Notes under the pieces: generated by a model | The model's input: only the letters and a program-made list of their open reading frames with translations | Told to the model about the DNA's origin: nothing | Database searches by the model: none | From: the human T2T-CHM13v2.0 reference genome, Homo sapiens | DNA length: 64,000 bases | Assembly (NCBI RefSeq): GCF_009914755.1 | Contig: NC_060929.1 | Reading direction: 5' to 3' (one strand) | Program-made: the position numbers and the translations under genes | In this document: in pieces, positions 58,529-64,000 of the stretch | Layout: each line of letters begins with the position of its first letter | How positions within the stretch are numbered: the stretch's first letter is position 1

Positions 58529-61500
58529 GGAGTATGCACCTTCTGTGGGGCTGCACTCACTCTGGATTGTTCTAGAAAGGCTGTCTACAGGTGCCTCCAC
58601 ACTAAATTCCTATGGGGGAAGCCCCAGCTGTGTCTGCTCTGGAGTGCCAGGGGAAACAAGAACCCCCTCTCCAAGAGCCTTCATGATCAGAGACGCCTGC
58701 CTGTTGGGGTATAAGTGTGGACTTTCCCTACTGCACCCAACACTGCAATTGTGTCTATGCTGTGAAAAACTACTCAAAATTGGAAAGGTCTGAAACTCAT
58801 GGCCTGCTGTTCAGATTCTTTTATCCCATGGTGTGATCCCTTGATGTGGTACTCTCCACCTTCCCTAGGGATTAAGCTTCCTAAGAGCCAGACTGCAGTG
58901 ATTGTTTATTACTCTTCTAGGTCTAACCACCCAGCGGGGCTACCAGGCTCTGGGCTGGGGAAAAAGAGAAATCTAAATGTTTGGAAAACTTAGTTGAGGG
59001 AAAAATTGAAGAAAACTTCCCAGCCTTGCTAGAGATCTAGACATCCAAATACAAGAAGCTCAAAAATTCCTGAAAATTTTTCACGAAAAGATTATCATCC
59101 AGACAGATAAGTCATGATGTTATCTAAAATTAAGGTGAAGAAAAAAATCTTAAAAGCTGTGACAAAAACATCAGGCAACATATGAAGGAAAACCTATGAG
59201 ATTTACAGCTGATATCTCAGCAGAAACCTCTCAAGCCAGAAGGTACTGTGATCCTATCTTTAGTCTCCTGAAACAAAATAATTGTCAGACAAGAATTTTG
59301 TATCCAGTGAAACTAAGCTTCATAAATGAAGGAGAGATAGTCTTTTTTCAAACAAATGCTGAGAGAATTAATCACTACCAGGCCAGCACTACAAGAAATG
59401 CTAAAAGAAGTTCGAAATCTTGAAACAAAATCTTAAAATATAGCAAAATAGAATCTTCTTAGGACATAAATCTCACAAGGCCAATAAAACAATAATAAAA
59501 TTTAAAAAAACCAAACTATTTAGGCAACAGTTAACATGATGAATAGAATAGTAGCTCACATCTCAATACTAATGTTGAAAGTGAGTGGCCTAAATGCTCC
59601 AGTGTAAAGATACAGACTGGCAGAATGGATAAAAATCCACCAACCAAGTGTCTTCTGTCTTCAAGAGACTGACCTGACACATGAGGACTCACATAAACTT
59701 AAGGTAAAAAACTGAAGAAAGATATTCCATGCAAATGGAAACCAAAAGCAAGCAGGAGTAGCTATTCTTATATCAGATAAAACACGCTTTATAGCAACAA
59801 CAGTAAAAAAAAAAAAAAAAAAGACCGAGAAGGACATTATACAATGATAAAAGGATTCATCAAAAAAGAAAATATCACAATTTTAAATATGTGCACCTAA
59901 CACTGGAGCTCCCAAGTTCATAAAACAATTACAACTAGACCTAGGAAATCAGATAAACAACAACACAATAATAGTGGGAGATTTCAATACTCCACAGACA
60001 GTACTAGATAGGTCACCTAGACAGAAAGTCAACAAAGAAAAAATGGACTTAAACTATATCCTAGAACAAATGAACTTAACAGATATTTCCAGAACATTCT
60101 ACCCAACAACTGCAGGATATACATTCTTTTCATTGGCACATGGAACATTCTTCAAGATAGATCATATGATAGGCCACAAAACAAGTCTCAATAAATGTAA
60201 GACAATCGAAGTCATATCAAGTATTCTCTCAGACCACAGTGGAATAAAACTGGAAATTAACTCCAAAAGGAACCCTCAAAACAATACAAACACATGGAAA
60301 TTAATCTGCTCTTGAATGATTTTTGGGTCAACAGTAAAATGAAGATGACAATTAATACATTCTTTAAACTGAATGGTAATAGTGACACAACTTACCAAAA
60401 CCTCTGGGATATAGCAAAAGTGGTGCTAAGAGAAAAGTTTATAGGATTAAATGCCTATATCAAAAGGTCTGAAAGAATACAAATAGACAATCTAAGGTCA
60501 CACCTCAAGGAACTAGAGAAACAAGAACAAACCAAATCCAAAACCAGCAGAAGAAAAGAAATAACAAAGATCAGAGCAGAACTAAATGAAATCGAAACAA
60601 ACAAAAAACAATACAAAAGGTAAATAACACAAAAAGCTGGTGTTTTGAAGAACATAAAATTGATAGATCATTAGTGAGATTAACCAAGAAAAGAAGAGAG
60701 AAGATACAAATAAGCTCAATTAGAAATGAAAGGGGGAGATATTACCACCAATACTGCAGAAATATAAAAGAGAATTTAAGGCTACTATGAACACTATTAT
60801 GTACCCAAACTAGAAAATCTAGAGGAGATGAATAAATCCTGGAAATATACAGCCCTCCTAGATTAAATAAGGAAGAAATAAAAACTCTGAACAGACCAAC
60901 AGCAAGTAGTGAGATTGAAACAGTGATAGAAAAATTGCCCACAAAAAAATGTCTAGGACCAGATTAATTCACAGCTAAATTCTGTCAGACATTCAAAGAA
61001 GAATTGATACCAATCCTATTGAAATTATTCCAAAAGAGAGAGAAAGAGGCAATTCTCCCTAAATCATTCTGTGAAGCCAGTATCACCATAATACTAAAAC
61101 CAGGAAAGGACATAACAAAAAAGAAAACTACAGACCAATATCCCTGATGAACATAGATGCAGAAATCCTCAAAAAAATGCTAGCTAACCGAATTCAATAG
61201 CATATCAAAAAGATGACACATCATGATCAAGTGGGTTTCATATCAAGAATGCAGGGATGGTTTAACATGCTCAAGTCAATAAATGTGATGCATCACATAA
61301 ATAGAATTAAAAACAAAAATTATACAATTACCTCAATAGATGCAGAAAATGCATTTGACAAAATCCAGCATCAATTTGTAATAAAAACTCTCAACAAAAT
61401 TGACATATAAGGGGCAAACCACAAGGTAATAAAAGGTATCTATGACAAATCCACAGCCAACATCATCCTGAACAGGGAAAAGTTGAAAGCATTCCCCCTG

Positions 61501-63381
61501 AGAACGGGAATAAGACAAAGATGCCCACTTTCACCACTTCTATTCAATCCAGTACTAGAAGTAATAGCCAGAGCAATCAGACAAGATAAAGAAGTAAAGG
61601 GCATCCAAATCAGTAAAACGGAAGTCAAACTGTTGCTGTTTGCCAATGATATAATTATATATCTGGAAAACTCTGAAGACTTATCCAAAAAGCTCCTAGA
61701 TCTGACAGATAAATTCTGTATACTTTCAGGATGCAAAAATCAATATACACAAATCAGTAGAACTGCTATACACCAACAATGATAAAGCTGAGAAACAAAG
61801 CAAGAACTCAATCCCTTTTACAACAGCTGCAAAATGAAAAAACACTTAGGAATATACCTAACCAAAGAGGGGAAAGATCTCTATAAAGAAAACTACAAAA
61901 CACTGCTGAAAGAAATCACAGATGACACAAACAAATGGAAACATATGCTCATGGATGGGTAGAATCAACATTGTGAAAATGACTATATTGCCAAAAGAAA
62001 TCTACAGATTCAGTGCAATTCCCATCAAAATACCATCATTATTCATCACATAACTAGGAAAAAAAATCCTAAAATTCATATGAAACAAAAAAAAAGAGCC
62101 TGAATAGCCAAAGCAAGACTAAGCAAAAAGAACAATTCAGGAGGTATTACATTACCCAACTTCAAACTATACTACAAGGCTATAGTTACCAAATAGCATG
62201 GTACTAATATAAAAACAGGCACATAGACCAATGGAACAGAATAGAGAACCCAGAAACAGGGTCAATTACTTACAACCAACTGATCTTCAACAAAGCAAAC
62301 AAAAATATAAATTGGGGAAAAAACACCCTATTTAACAAATAGTGCTGGGATAATTGGCAAGCCACACATAGACAAATTAAACTGGATGCTCATCTTTCAC
62401 CTTATACAAAAATCAACTCAAGATGGATAAAAAACTTAAATCTAAGATCTGAAGCCATAAAAATTCCAGAGATAACATTGGAAAAACTGATGTTGGCTTA
62501 GGCAAAGACTTCATGACCAAGAACACAAAAGCAAATGCAACAAATAAATAAATAAATAGATGGGACCTAATTAAACTAAACAGTTTCTGCACAGCAAAAG
62601 AAATAAATAGCAGAGTAAACAGACAACTCAAAGAGTGAGAGAAAACATTCACAAATTATGCATCTGACAAGAGACTAATTTCCAAATCTACAAGGAACTC
62701 CAATCAGCAAGAAAAAAGAAATAATACCATCATAAAGTGGTCTGAGGACATGAATAGACAATTCTCAAAAGAAGACATAAAATAGCCAACAAACATATGA
62801 AAAGAATTCAACATTATTAATTATCAGGGAAATGCAAATTAAAGCTACAGTGAGATACCACCTCACTCCTGCAAGAATGACCATAATCAAAAAGTAAAAA
62901 AATAACAGATATTGTCATGGATTTGGTTAAAAGGGAACACTTTTACACTGCTGGTGAGAATGTAACCTAGCACCACCCCTGTGGAAAACAGAAAGGAGAT
63001 TCCTTAAAGAACTAAAAGTAGAACTACCATTTGATCCAGTAGTCTCACTATTGGGTATCCACCCAAAGGAAAAGAAGTCATTATATTAAAAAGATATTTG
63101 CACACGCAAGTTTATAGCACAATTCGCAATTGCGAAAATACAGAATGAGCCTAAATTCCTGTCAACCAACATGTGGATAAAGAAAATGTGCTACAAATAC
63201 ACCATGGAATACTACTCAGCCATAAAAAGAAATGAAATAATGGCATTTGCAGCAACCTGGAGGGAGTTGGAGACCATTATTCTAAGTGAAGTAACTCAGG
63301 ATTGGAAACCAAATATCATATATTCTAACTTGTAAGTGGGAGCTAAGCTATGAGGATGCAAAAGCATAAGAATGATACAAT
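58529..63381 (+). mobile_element. L1PB element with an inverted 5' UTR segment (58529-58958, minus) followed by ORF1 3' half, ORF2 and the start of the 3' UTR
   Basis: ORF2 remnants [37 protein letters not shown]; L1PB-type 3' UTR gggagctaagctatgaggatgcaaaagcataagaatgatacaatg. Confidence 0.85.
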
Positions 63382-64000
63382 GGGGTAGGTGTTCCAAGAC
63401 AGCTGAATAGAAAGAGCTCCAGTCTGCAGCTCCCAGCGTGATCAATGCAGAAGACAGGTGATTTCTGCATTTCCAACTGAGGTACCTGGTTCATCTCATT
63501 GGGACTGGTTGGACAGTGGGTGCAGCCCATGGAAGGTGAGCTGAAGCAGGGCGGAGCATCACCTCACCTGGGAAGTACAAGGGGTCCGGGGATTTCCCCT
63601 TCCTAGCCAAGGGAAGCCATGACAGACTGTACCTGGAAAAATGGGACATTCCCACCTAAATACTGCACTTTTCCAATGGTCTTAGCAAACGGGAGACCAG
63701 GAGATTCTCTCCCGCACCTGGCTAGGTGGGTCCCATGCCCACAGAGCCTTGCTCTCTGCTAGCACACAGTCTGAGATGGACCTGCCAGGTAGCAGCCTGG
63801 CAGGGGAAGGGGCATCCACCATTGCTGAGGCTTGAGTAGGCAAACAACACAGCTTAGAAGTTTGAACTGGGAGAAGCCCACCACAGCTCAGCAAGGCCTA
63901 CTGCCTCTATTGACTCCACCTCTGAGGGCAGGGCATAGGTGAACGAAAGGCAACAGAAACTTCTACAGACTTAAACTTCCCTGTCTGACAGCTCTGAAGA
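63382..64000 (+). mobile_element. 5' UTR of a probably full-length L1PA (L1PA7/8-like) inserted in the L1PB 3' UTR; continues beyond the window
   Basis: gggg...ttccaagacagctgaatag...gctccagtctgcagctcccagcgtgatc...gatttctgcatttccaactgaggtacc. The YY1 site (caagatggc) is mutated to caagacagc. Confidence 0.88.

Overview
Primate, almost certainly human, genomic DNA. The left 9 kb holds the 5' end of the organic anion transporter gene SLCO4C1 (OATP4C1) on the minus strand: CpG-island promoter, coding exon 1 (8334-7980) and exon 2 (3678-3415), both with canonical GT-AG junctions in phase 1. The other ~55 kb is upstream intergenic DNA dominated by transposon fossils: about 16 Alus, L1s of several ages, L2/MIR, MaLR/MLT LTRs, DNA transposons, a 3'-truncated 7SK retropseudogene, a solo MER51-type LTR next to the promoter, and a degenerate but nearly complete gag-pro-pol-env class I provirus with a MER41-type LTR (49876-58528). 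I found no support for a new gene or a new biological system. The best leads are structural or regulatory: (i) a candidate Alu 3' transduction lacking any Pol III terminator; (ii) a perfect 40-bp inverted repeat resembling a templated template-switch insertion; (iii) an in-frame inverted copy of the ERV RT active site that keeps YVDD where the original lost it; (iv) a TSD-flanked orphan insertion with an AP-1 site inside the ERV LTR; (v) a perfect EGR1 site overlapping the tandem XRE cores in the promoter. Repeat subfamily names come from memory of consensus sequences, not from a database run, and boundaries of old repeats are approximate.
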